Part shown: one piece after another, positions 7,171 to 15,416 of the stretch
Numbering within the stretch: the stretch's first letter is position 1
Layout: each line of letters starts with the position of its first letter
From: a virus
Taxonomy: Duplodnaviria; Caudoviricetes
IMG/VR virus record: IMGVR_UViG_3300012231_000044
Coordinates: 1 to 25,604 of that record
Length of the DNA: 25,604 nt
Strand: one strand, 5' to 3'
The notes under the pieces: model-generated
Database searches by the model: none
What the model was told of the DNA's origin: nothing
The model's input: only the letters and a program-made list of their open reading frames with translations
Program-made: the position numbers and the translations under genes

Positions 7171-8506
7171 GGAGCTCTACTTCGGTGGAGGAGCTGGTGG
7201 AGGGAAGAGCGCCCTGGGATCCTACTGGCTGGGGAAGGTTTGTTGCCTCTACCCAGGATCCAGGTGGATGATGGCCAGGGCGGAGCTGAAGAACCTGAAG
7301 AAGACCACCCTCCAGACCTTCTTCGAGGTGATGGCCAGGCAGGGAGCCCAGGCTGGCTATCATTACCGATACGCCGAACAGTCGGGCGTCATCTACTGGG
7401 CCAACGGGAGCCAGATCGTCCTGGCGGACCTATTCGCCTATCCGGCCGATCCGAACTTCGACGCCCTGGGATCCCTGGAGATCTGTGGGGGCTTCATCGA
7501 CGAGGCGCCCCAGGTGACTGAGAAGGCCAAGGGGATCGTGATCTCCAGGATGAGATATAAGCTAAAACAATATTGCCACCTTTGTGGGAACCAGGAGAAG
7601 GCTGAGATCCTGGAACAGGACGCCAATGGTGAGCCCATCCTGTGGAGGTGCGCCAACGGCCACCGCTCCAGGGGGCTGATCCCCAAGCTCCTGATGACGG
7701 GCAACCCCTCGAAGAACTGGGCCTATTATCAGTTCTACCTGGCCCATAAAGATGGCCAGCTGAGGGAGGACCGGGCCTTCATCCAGGCCCTGGTGAAGGA
7801 CAATAAACATATCCCGGAGGAATACATCAAGACCCTCCTCAGCCTGGACAAGAACAGCCGGGAGAGGCTTCTCCTGGGTAACTGGGAATACGATGACGAT
7901 CCGGCCACCCTGATCGACTTCGAGCGGATAACCCAGATCTACAAGAACGACCACGTCCCAGAAGGGGAGCGCTGGATCACGGCCGACGTCGCCCGCTTCG
8001 GGAAGGACTCCACCGTGATCGGGCTGTGGTCGGGCTTCAGGGTGAAGATCCGCCGCTACCAGGGACTGGCCACCACCCAGGTGACCGCCAAGATCCGGGA
8101 GCTCCAGGAGCGCCACCAGATCCCAAGCTCCAGGGTGATCGTGGACGAGGATGGCCTGGGCGGCGGCGTGGTGGATCAGCTGGGATGTAGGGGCTTCGTG
8201 AATAACTCGACCCCCATCGGCGGGGAGAACTTCAACAACCTAAAAAGTCAATGCTATTTCAAGCTAGCCGAACGGATCAACCAGGGCGGCCTCCTGGTGG
8301 TGGAGGTGGAGGATCACGAGAAGGCCCTGATCACCGAAGAGCTGGAACAGGTCAAACAGGATAAGATGGACTACGATGGCAAGCGCCAGGTCGTCCCCAA
8401 GAACAAGGTCAAGGAACTGATCGGGAGATCTCCCGATTACTCAGATATGCTAATGATGAGAGAGCTGGGGGACCTGGTCCAGGCTCCTGAATTTTTTATA
8501 CTATGA
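7112..8506 (+). CDS. Terminase large subunit
   Basis: Walker A GGGAGGGKS, Walker B FIDEA, motif III TGNP, RERLLLGNW, RNase H-like ADVARFGKDSTV and SPDYSD. Confidence 0.95.
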   Translation: MELTIKQTTGIDILQDRKTRELYFGGGAGGGKSALGSYWLGKVCCLYPGSRWMMARAELKNLKKTTLQTFFEVMARQGAQAGYHYRYAEQSGVIYWANGSQIVLADLFAYPADPNFDALGSLEICGGFIDEAPQVTEKAKGIVISRMRYKLKQYCHLCGNQEKAEILEQDANGEPILWRCANGHRSRGLIPKLLMTGNPSKNWAYYQFYLAHKDGQLREDRAFIQALVKDNKHIPEEYIKTLLSLDKNSRERLLLGNWEYDDDPATLIDFERITQIYKNDHVPEGERWITADVARFGKDSTVIGLWSGFRVKIRRYQGLATTQVTAKIRELQERHQIPSSRVIVDEDGLGGGVVDQLGCRGFVNNSTPIGGENFNNLKSQCYFKLAERINQGGLLVVEVEDHEKALITEELEQVKQDKMDYDGKRQVVPKNKVKELIGRSPDYSDMLMMRELGDLVQAPEFFIL

Positions 8507-8516
8507 ATCTACAACT

Positions 8517-10001
8517 ATGTCAATAATCGACGCCATCCTCAGCCCCTTCCGGGGGCCAGCCCTGAACGGGAAGAAGAGCCTGGACCCTACCCAGGCCCAC
8601 CTGAACTACAGCCCCCTGGTCCCCATCAATGTCTCGGCTGTGGGGGCCTATGGGACCGGGAACTATGTGAAGGCCTACCTCACGAGCGCCGACCTCTACA
8701 GCGTGGTGACCTTCCTGAATAGGAAGATGGCCTCCATCCCCTGGTATGTCTACGAGGTGAACAAGGGGGCGGACGCCCAGAAGGCGCTCAGGCGCTACAA
8801 GGATATGACCCGCCAGGAGATGAACGTCCAGACCTGGATGAAGGCCCAGCGACTCAGGAAGGCGGCCTACGACGAGAACGCCATCCTTAGCGACGGGGAG
8901 GGCCTCGGTCGCCTGATGGCCAGGCCGAACGGTCACCAGGGCCAGGATCAGTTTATGGAGAGCGCCTTCGGCTACCATAACCTGAGCGGGGAGGCGAACA
9001 TTTACGGGAACAGCGGCCTGGATCCGAAAGGGGAGATCGTGGAGATGGAGGTCCTCCCGACCCAGTTCGTCCTGGACTACTATGACCCGAAGGATCTCTA
9101 CGGGATCCTGGCCCACGCCCTGGAGGCTAACGGGCGGATCCCCATCGCCAAGGAGAACCTGATGAGATGGAAGAACTGGACCCCAGAGTTCGACGCCCAG
9201 ACCAGGGTCCACATGAGAGGGATCTCCATCGTCCAGGTGGGCTGGAAGACCTACATGATGAACATCGGGGGCGCTGAGGTGGCCGCCGGGATGCTGAAGA
9301 ACGGGGGAAGCAAGGGCGCCCTCAGCCCGATCCCAGTCGGCAACCAGGTGACCCGCCTGGACAAGCCCCAGCTGGACGCCGCCAGCGCTTCGGTCAATGC
9401 CAGGTTTAACGGCGTGGAGAACATCAACACGATCGGCGTCCTGGCTGGCCCTTACGACTATCTGAACTTCGGGCTCAATGCTGTGGATCTCCAGATCATC
9501 CCGATAATGAACCTCACCCTACATCAATGGTGTAGGATGCTGGGCCTCCCGACCGTCCTCTTCGACGCCGAACATACCAGCGACAACAACTACCAGAACG
9601 CCCTCAGGGACCTGGTGACTAATACCGTGATCCCCAAGATGTCGAGCTTCCGGGATCAGCTGAACAAGTGGCTACTCCCCCGCTTCAAGGCCGAAGGGAA
9701 GTATTTTATCGACTTCGACGCGGCCAGCCTTCCAGAGCTCCAGCGGGACATCGAGAAGCTGGTGAACAGCCTCAGGATGGCCTACTGGCTGACAGAAGAC
9801 GAGAAGCGGATCGAGATGAACCGCGAGCCCAAGGGTGGGATCTATGCCACCAGCCTGATCCCTTCCGGGATGACCCCGATCGAGATGGCTGGCCAGGATC
9901 TGAGCCCCCAGGAGGGCGACCCGGAGGATCCCTTCGACCCGGATAATGGGGACGACAACGAGACCGACGCCTCGAAGCGCCGCAAAAAGATACCCTACTG
10001 A
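8517..10001 (+). CDS. Portal protein (HK97-like)
   Basis: Follows TerL, 494 aa, MASIPW, RPN..Q, LSGEANIY, WLTEDEKRIEM, acidic tail. Confidence 0.9.
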   Translation: MSIIDAILSPFRGPALNGKKSLDPTQAHLNYSPLVPINVSAVGAYGTGNYVKAYLTSADLYSVVTFLNRKMASIPWYVYEVNKGADAQKALRRYKDMTRQEMNVQTWMKAQRLRKAAYDENAILSDGEGLGRLMARPNGHQGQDQFMESAFGYHNLSGEANIYGNSGLDPKGEIVEMEVLPTQFVLDYYDPKDLYGILAHALEANGRIPIAKENLMRWKNWTPEFDAQTRVHMRGISIVQVGWKTYMMNIGGAEVAAGMLKNGGSKGALSPIPVGNQVTRLDKPQLDAASASVNARFNGVENINTIGVLAGPYDYLNFGLNAVDLQIIPIMNLTLHQWCRMLGLPTVLFDAEHTSDNNYQNALRDLVTNTVIPKMSSFRDQLNKWLLPRFKAEGKYFIDFDAASLPELQRDIEKLVNSLRMAYWLTEDEKRIEMNREPKGGIYATSLIPSGMTPIEMAGQDLSPQEGDPEDPFDPDNGDDNETDASKRRKKIPY

Positions 10002-10213
10002 TGACGCCCAGGGAACGCCGCCAGCTGTGGCCCCTGGTCCTGGTCCGCTTCCCGGTCCTGGTGACAGAGGCGACGTGTAGGATGGAGAGGGACTTCAGGA
10101 ACCAGGCCAGGGAGAGCTTCCTGGTGAAACTATATAAAAACCAACAAGATGAGCAACGAACAGCCCAAGACCGCGACAGTCTACACCAGGGACGGCCATA
10201 TCAGGACCTATGA
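10001..10213 (+). CDS. Hypothetical protein, 70 aa
   Basis: TGATG overlap with the portal stop. Confidence 0.55.
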   Translation: MTPRERRQLWPLVLVRFPVLVTEATCRMERDFRNQARESFLVKLYKNQQDEQRTAQDRDSLHQGRPYQDL

Positions 10214-10439
10214 GCTCCGGGATCTTCCCAGGGAAGGCCAGGATCCAGAAGGATGTGATGGCCTGGGGATGGATCCAGAGACCGACACCTTTGTGATCAG
10301 GGGATGGATCCACGACTATGAAGAGACCAGCCAGGAGACCGACAGCGGCCCGATCATTTCCCGCCATACTACCAGGGAGGTCCGGGTGGAGGCCCATTTC
10401 CTTCCGGCTAATATTTCATTCTACGAGCTCACTATATGA
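10149..10439 (+). CDS. Hypothetical protein, 96 aa
   Basis: Strong A-rich leader; ATGA overlap with the MuF gene. Confidence 0.65.
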   Translation: MSNEQPKTATVYTRDGHIRTYELRDLPREGQDPEGCDGLGMDPETDTFVIRGWIHDYEETSQETDSGPIISRHTTREVRVEAHFLPANISFYELTI

Positions 10440-12091
10440 CAGCGACCCAGCGACGAGATTATCTTCAGCGGGCTGAGCGGATGACGAACAAGATCATCCG
10501 CAAATATCAGCGCCGGATCCAGGCCGACCTGGACGCCCAGGCCCAGGACCTGATCACAGCCGTGAACCAGGGAGGGGCCCAGGCCGTGAACCAGGTCGAC
10601 TTCGGCGCCTGGGACGCTAGGCTGATGGATACCTACGCCCACCTCTTCAAGGAGAGCTTCTTCACCGCCGCCCAGGCTACCTACACCAGCACGATCAGGG
10701 AAGCCAGGAAGCGGATGGGGATGGGCAAGGCGGAGAGCTGGACCCTGGACGTCCAGGACTGGCTCCGCCAGCATGGCCTGAAGCTGGTGACCACGATCAC
10801 GGGGAACAGCCGCCAGTTATATCTGGACATCGCGAACAAGGCCATCCAGGAGGGGATCGACCAGGGCCTGGGAGCCGCCGACGTCCAGAAGCTGATCACC
10901 CAGCGCCTGGCAGATCAAAATTACACCTACTCAGCATATAGAGCCCTCAGGATCGCCAGGACCGAGACGATCCGGGCGGCCAACGAGGGGCACATGAAGG
11001 GGGCCGCCGAGCTTCCCTTCCTGGTGAACAAGACCTGGATCGCGGCCCATGACGTTCGGACCAGGAGGATCCCGGACGACGCCTTCGATCATTGGGCCCT
11101 GGACGGCGTGGTGGTCCCTGAGGATCAGCCCTTCGTCTCTACATCCAGGAGCGGGGCGACCGTGGAGGCCATGCAGCCGGGCGACATCGAGGCCCCGGCT
11201 GGCTTCACAATTAATTGCCGCTGTAGGGTGGCGTTCATCCCCAGGCGGGACGCCCAGGGGAGACTGATCCCCAGGCCAGCCCTGGGAGCAGCACCAGCCC
11301 CAGCCAGGCCAGCCATCCCGGCGGTCCAGCTGGTCCCTACCGGCCAGCCGGTCCCTGTCCCAGGGCCACCAGCACCTCCACCGAAGCCTGGGAAGTACAT
11401 CTTCGAGCCTGGGAAGACCGAGACCGAGACCAGGGCGAACCTGAAGAAACATATCGAGGAACATAGCGGCTATCTGGGCGTCCGGGAGGTCAAGAACGAG
11501 TTTACAATGACCCACGACGAGCTGAAGAAGCGCTCCCAGAAGATCGCCGACCTCTTCCGCGAGTACAATATCGACCAGGTAGTGGCCAAGAAGAGCGCCC
11601 CCACCATCACCCTGGAGAGCACCAGCGACTCCTTCGGCTACGTTCAGCCAGGGGGCGGAGGCGTGACCGAGGTGAACTTCGGCCACCGCTCGGATCCTTA
11701 CAACAGGCAATGGAACTTTGTGAACAAGGGGGCCGTCGGGGAGAAGAGCCGGGTGGATAAGGATAACAGTTTTTACGCGACCATCGTCCACGAATTTGGC
11801 CACACCATGACCATCGACCGGGGGATCTACTCCAGGGCGGACGATGACGCGACGAAAATCTTCTGGGCGGAGCTGGGGAAGATCCGCAAGGCCTACAGCT
11901 CGGAGCTGGGCGTCCTGGCCAGGAAAAAGCTCTACGCGGAGCGGGCGGACATCCACCTGGGGAGCTACGCCCACACCAATATGGACGAATTTCTGGCCGA
12001 GGGCTTCACCGAGTACAAGCTCCGGGCTGAGCCCTCTAAATATGCCAAGCTGATCGGCGAGCTGATCGACAAAACCTATAAACGAAAATAG
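10436..12091 (+). CDS. MuF/SPP1 gp7-like minor head protein with a C-terminal zincin metallopeptidase-like extension
   Basis: MuF motifs RALRIARTE, KTW, RTR, DH..LDG, PGD, INCRC. Pro-rich linker, then HEFGH and YAHTNMDEFLAEGF. Confidence 0.85.
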   Translation: MTATQRRDYLQRAERMTNKIIRKYQRRIQADLDAQAQDLITAVNQGGAQAVNQVDFGAWDARLMDTYAHLFKESFFTAAQATYTSTIREARKRMGMGKAESWTLDVQDWLRQHGLKLVTTITGNSRQLYLDIANKAIQEGIDQGLGAADVQKLITQRLADQNYTYSAYRALRIARTETIRAANEGHMKGAAELPFLVNKTWIAAHDVRTRRIPDDAFDHWALDGVVVPEDQPFVSTSRSGATVEAMQPGDIEAPAGFTINCRCRVAFIPRRDAQGRLIPRPALGAAPAPARPAIPAVQLVPTGQPVPVPGPPAPPPKPGKYIFEPGKTETETRANLKKHIEEHSGYLGVREVKNEFTMTHDELKKRSQKIADLFREYNIDQVVAKKSAPTITLESTSDSFGYVQPGGGGVTEVNFGHRSDPYNRQWNFVNKGAVGEKSRVDKDNSFYATIVHEFGHTMTIDRGIYSRADDDATKIFWAELGKIRKAYSSELGVLARKKLYAERADIHLGSYAHTNMDEFLAEGFTEYKLRAEPSKYAKLIGELIDKTYKRK

Positions 12092-12092
12092 C

Positions 12093-12305
12093 ATGGAAGC
12101 GACTGACCTGGTATGTATGAGATGTAAGCACCTCCGCCCCAATTCGGGCGGCTGTGATGCCTTCCCCTTCGAGGACGGCGGGATCCCCTGGGAGATTACC
12201 AGCGGGAGCGATAAGCACCTGGGCCCCCTTCCAGGACAGAAGAACGACATCGTCTTCGAGGGAGGAGAGCCTGATCAAGAGGAGGGCCTGGACGATGACA
12301 ACTAA
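12093..12305 (+). CDS. Small Cys/His-rich protein, candidate immunity or partner of the MuF extension
   Basis: CMRCKH...CDAFP...GIP.EI.SG...H..P.PG....FE; starts 1 nt after the MuF stop. Confidence 0.7.
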   Translation: MEATDLVCMRCKHLRPNSGGCDAFPFEDGGIPWEITSGSDKHLGPLPGQKNDIVFEGGEPDQEEGLDDDN

Positions 12306-12612
12306 CGAGAGGAGGAGGGCGGCCCTCCACATAAGCCGCCAATACTGGGAAGAGTCTCCAGAGATCCGGGCCTATATCGGCCGGACTTTCGTGATGGTGG
12401 CCTTCCAGTTCAACGTCTACCAGAACCGCTTCGAGGCCATCCTGGACCACCCGGATCTCCCGGCGGTCAAGGAAGGCCAGGCCTGGCCCATCCTGGAGAT
12501 CACCATCACCAGGAGAGAGGGCCAGGAGGACCTGATGACCTGGTCCATCCCGGACCTGTACGCCAGGCGGGGGGACTTCGAGCATAATAAAACGCTAAAA
12601 CTAAAGCCATGA
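12295..12612 (+). CDS. Hypothetical protein, 105 aa
   Basis: Likely start MTTNERRR at 12295 within track ORF 12154..12612; overlaps both neighbours. Confidence 0.65.
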   Translation: MTTNERRRAALHISRQYWEESPEIRAYIGRTFVMVAFQFNVYQNRFEAILDHPDLPAVKEGQAWPILEITITRREGQEDLMTWSIPDLYARRGDFEHNKTLKLKP

Positions 12613-12794
12613 TAACGAGAAAACTTTTCCGCCAGCTCCTCTTCATCTTCTGGACCGTCGTGATCTACCTGATCTTCGGGGCCATCGTCTTCGACTTCGA
12701 GCTGGTCCATCTACCGCTCAGGACGATCTACATTATCGGGCTGGTCTCCCTGGTCACCTACCTGGCCCTGGGGACGGCTGACGACAAGATCTAA
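12609..12794 (+). CDS. Small membrane protein with two hydrophobic helices
   Basis: Basic N-terminus, LLFIFWTVVIYLIFGAIVF and TIYIIGLVSLVTYLALG; ATGA overlap. Confidence 0.7.
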   Translation: MITRKLFRQLLFIFWTVVIYLIFGAIVFDFELVHLPLRTIYIIGLVSLVTYLALGTADDKI

Positions 12795-12852
12795 AGGGGG
12801 ATGTCAATAACCTGTGAATTGTTTTCCAGGGACTCGAATATTAAAACTTTAA

Positions 12853-12860
12853 TACATTTA
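12853..12860 (+). promoter_or_regulatory. Candidate -7 promoter element for the protease-capsid transcript
   Basis: TACATTTA (one mismatch to TAnnTTTG), 5 nt before ATG 12866, within an AT-rich 71-bp intergenic gap. Confidence 0.45.
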
Positions 12861-12865
12861 CGGCA

Positions 12866-13579
12866 ATGATCACGAAAATCATCGATAGTAAGGCCCTAGA
12901 CGTGGATCTGAAAAACCGGAAGGTAAAGGTGGCCATCTCCTCGATGGAGACCGAAGACCGCGACCGGGACGTCATCGACCTGAAGGCCTGGGACAACACG
13001 ATCAAGCTGAAGGGCCCCAAGGGGACGAACGAGGTCTGGCACTTGACAGATCACGGATGGAGGATAGCAGACTCCGCCCTCAGCAAATACGAGGAGCTGG
13101 GCGTCCAGGGCCACCAGCTCTACGGCGTCGCCGGCTATCGCGATACCTTCCTATGGAGGGAAGTCGCCTGGCCGCTCTACGAGGCCGGGGACATCAACCA
13201 GCACAGCGTCGGGTTTAAGATCCTAGCCTCAGAGGAGGCCAAGGATAACAAGCCCCGGATCATCAAGGAGGCCGAACTATGGGAGGGCTCCGCCGTCCTG
13301 TGGGGCGCGAACCCCGACACCCAGGTCCTGGACCTGGTGAAGTCACATTTCGCCAACAAGACCGAGAGCCTGGAAGACCGGATCGCTTGGATCTGTAAGG
13401 GCGTTAAAAAAGGAACTTACCAGGGGGAGGCGGAGAGCCTTCTGATCCTGGAACTCAAACAGCTGGAGGAAATCTATCTGAACCTGAAGCTAGCCGAAAG
13501 GCCCCAGGGCTCCCATGAAAGTGGTGTTTTGGCGAGGACGCTGAAGATCGGGATGGCCACGATCCTGGCAAAATATTAA
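12866..13579 (+). CDS. HK97-family prohead protease
   Basis: DRDRDVI, HLTDH, HSVGF, ELWEGSAVLWGANP; directly upstream of the capsid gene. Confidence 0.92.
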   Translation: MITKIIDSKALDVDLKNRKVKVAISSMETEDRDRDVIDLKAWDNTIKLKGPKGTNEVWHLTDHGWRIADSALSKYEELGVQGHQLYGVAGYRDTFLWREVAWPLYEAGDINQHSVGFKILASEEAKDNKPRIIKEAELWEGSAVLWGANPDTQVLDLVKSHFANKTESLEDRIAWICKGVKKGTYQGEAESLLILELKQLEEIYLNLKLAERPQGSHESGVLARTLKIGMATILAKY

Positions 13580-13601
13580 TCATCTTTAAACTGATCAAAT
13601 A

Positions 13602-14771
13602 GTGGAAACAAACAAAGAATTAGAGACCTTCCTGGGCGAGGTCGACAAGCGCCTGGCGAAAGGCCAGGAGAATGAAGCCAAGCTGGCTAAACAGCTCCAG
13701 GACGAGGCTAAAGCAGCCCGTGAAGAGATGGAAGGCAAGGTGGCCCAGTACAATGAAGACCTAGCCAAGCAGAACCTCACCATCGGCGAGATGAAGGCCA
13801 AGGTGGACGAATTTGTGGCCAAGCAGGGCAAGCTCGGAGGAGCGCCTGAGATGGGAAGCAACTATCGCGACATCGAGGGGATCTTCGGTAAAATGATCGT
13901 CGACGGGACTGGCGCCCTGGCCAAGGCCTTCGAGAAAAAACACGTTAACCTGGAGACCAAGGTGGTCGGCGATATGACTACCGCCAACAACCACACCGGG
14001 AACGTGGCGATCACGCAATTTAACCGCCCGCCCCTGGTGTTCCCCCAGTTCAGGCACATGAGATCAATCATTAACGTGGTCCCATCTGACACCCTGGCCG
14101 TGGATTACCCAAGGGAGAAAGTCCCAGACGGCGAAGGATCTTTCGGTCCCCAGACTGAAGGACAGGACAAGGCCCAGGTCGACATCGACACCCAGATGAT
14201 CAGCCTGACGCTGGACTTCGAGGCTGGCTATGCGACTGTGACCCGCCAGATGCTGATGAACGTCCCCTGGCTTCAGAACTATCTGACCAGGAAGCTGACG
14301 GAAAAATTCTATCGCCGTGAGGACGTGAAGGTCCTGAACCTTCTGGACTCCCTGGCGACAGCTTCAGCGTCTTCCGCTACTGTGGTAGCTGAGGCCCTGA
14401 TCGATATGATCGCCGAGGTGGATAGCTACGGCTACGCCGCTGACGGGATCCTGACCACGCCGCTCCATTGGGCTGGTATAATGAAGACCAAGCCGGTCGA
14501 TTACTCCGTCCCTGGTGGCGTGATAATCTCCCCAACTGGCGAAGTCCTGGTGGCTGGTTTGCCGCTGTACAAACATCAAAACGTGACAACCGGCAAGATC
14601 TACGTCGGTGACTTCACGGCGCTGTATATTGTGCAGGGTGGAGCCTTCTCGATCAGAACGTCCGAGCACCACAATGACAACTTCACCAAGAACAAGGTGA
14701 CCTTCCTGGCAGAAGCGCCGATCGGCGTCGCCCTGGAAGCCGCCCAGGCCTTCGTGAAGAAAACCCTCTAA
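13602..14771 (+). CDS. Major capsid protein, HK97 fold, with an N-terminal coiled-coil scaffold (delta) domain
   Basis: GTG start, helical N-terminal ~110 aa, EGQDKAQ, VTRQML, IYVGDF, DNFTKNKVTFLAE, AFVK; follows the protease. Confidence 0.93.
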   Translation: METNKELETFLGEVDKRLAKGQENEAKLAKQLQDEAKAAREEMEGKVAQYNEDLAKQNLTIGEMKAKVDEFVAKQGKLGGAPEMGSNYRDIEGIFGKMIVDGTGALAKAFEKKHVNLETKVVGDMTTANNHTGNVAITQFNRPPLVFPQFRHMRSIINVVPSDTLAVDYPREKVPDGEGSFGPQTEGQDKAQVDIDTQMISLTLDFEAGYATVTRQMLMNVPWLQNYLTRKLTEKFYRREDVKVLNLLDSLATASASSATVVAEALIDMIAEVDSYGYAADGILTTPLHWAGIMKTKPVDYSVPGGVIISPTGEVLVAGLPLYKHQNVTTGKIYVGDFTALYIVQGGAFSIRTSEHHNDNFTKNKVTFLAEAPIGVALEAAQAFVKKTL

Positions 14772-14812
14772 CACAGGCTTTTTTTGCTTTGGTGTTTATA
14801 TTTTGAGTTTAG

Positions 14813-14852
14813 GCCGGCGGGAGGGCCCTGTAGGTCCTCCCCCGGCTTTTTT
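14813..14852 (+). terminator. Intrinsic terminator after the major capsid gene
   Basis: GCCGG-C-GGGAGGGCC-CTGTA-GGTCCTCCC-CCGGC-TTTTTT, with a G-U pair on the + strand. Confidence 0.85.
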
Positions 14853-14867
14853 AATACCCTGTAGTTT

Positions 14868-15416
14868 ATGCCGATAGGAGCTTTGTCCACCATCGTCCCA
14901 GTCACCAGGAGCGTCCTCCTGACCCAGGCCAAGAGCGTCCTGGATCTGGGGATCGGCTTCGGGATTAATGGGGCGGCCGTTCGGAACTGGAAGGACGCCG
15001 GCGTGGAGCCCTTTGAGACCCGCCTGGTAGGCGTGGAAGGCTTCCCCCAGTACAGGACAGCGGTCTGGGATCTCTACGATGAGATCCACGAGATGACCAT
15101 CCAGCAATATCTGAAGACCAAGACCGAGAAGTTCGACGCGATCCTGATGACGGACGTGATCGAGCATTTCGATAAAGAGGAGGCCCTCCTGGTGATCTCC
15201 AGGATGAAGGATCTCCTGAACCGCCGCGGCGTGATCGTGATCGTCACCCCCGCCATCTGGATCAATCAGGGAGCCTACAGAGGCAACGAGCTAGAGACCC
15301 ATAAATCACTATGGACCCCGGACGACTTCCGCGCCCTGGGCTTTGCTATCATCCAGGACGGAAGCCTGGACCCGTATGGCTACCGGATGATCGTGGCCGA
15401 ATACCTGTATAAATGA
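14868..15416 (+). CDS. Class I SAM-dependent methyltransferase (small-molecule or sugar type)
   Basis: Motif I VLDLGIGFG, acidic residue in GVEGF, FDAILMTDVIEHF, IVIVTP. No DPPY/NPPY or PC DNA-methylase motif. Confidence 0.85.
   Translation: MPIGALSTIVPVTRSVLLTQAKSVLDLGIGFGINGAAVRNWKDAGVEPFETRLVGVEGFPQYRTAVWDLYDEIHEMTIQQYLKTKTEKFDAILMTDVIEHFDKEEALLVISRMKDLLNRRGVIVIVTPAIWINQGAYRGNELETHKSLWTPDDFRALGFAIIQDGSLDPYGYRMIVAEYLYK

Noticed and set aside
7574-7672. Possible intein in TerL, since the insert begins with Cys
   Set aside because: Only 33 aa, with no C-terminal His-Asn or following Cys/Ser/Thr.
10931-12250. 439-aa minus-strand ORF, and similar long antisense ORFs at 1365..2324, 20130..21305 and 8520..9212
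   Set aside because: They shadow well-supported plus-strand genes, show no motifs, and are expected from high-GC codon bias.
12609-12794. Holin
   Set aside because: No neighbouring endolysin or spanin, and an atypical position within the head module.
14776-14812. T-rich stretch after the capsid stop sharing TTTGAGTT with the second minus-strand unit
   Set aside because: An 8-nt low-complexity match; more simply a U-rich 3' UTR before the terminator.
14868-15416. Methyltransferase as the Dam/Dcm-like cause of GATC/CCWGG enrichment
   Set aside because: Only 182 aa, with no DPPY/NPPY or PC/ENV motifs and no target-recognition domain.
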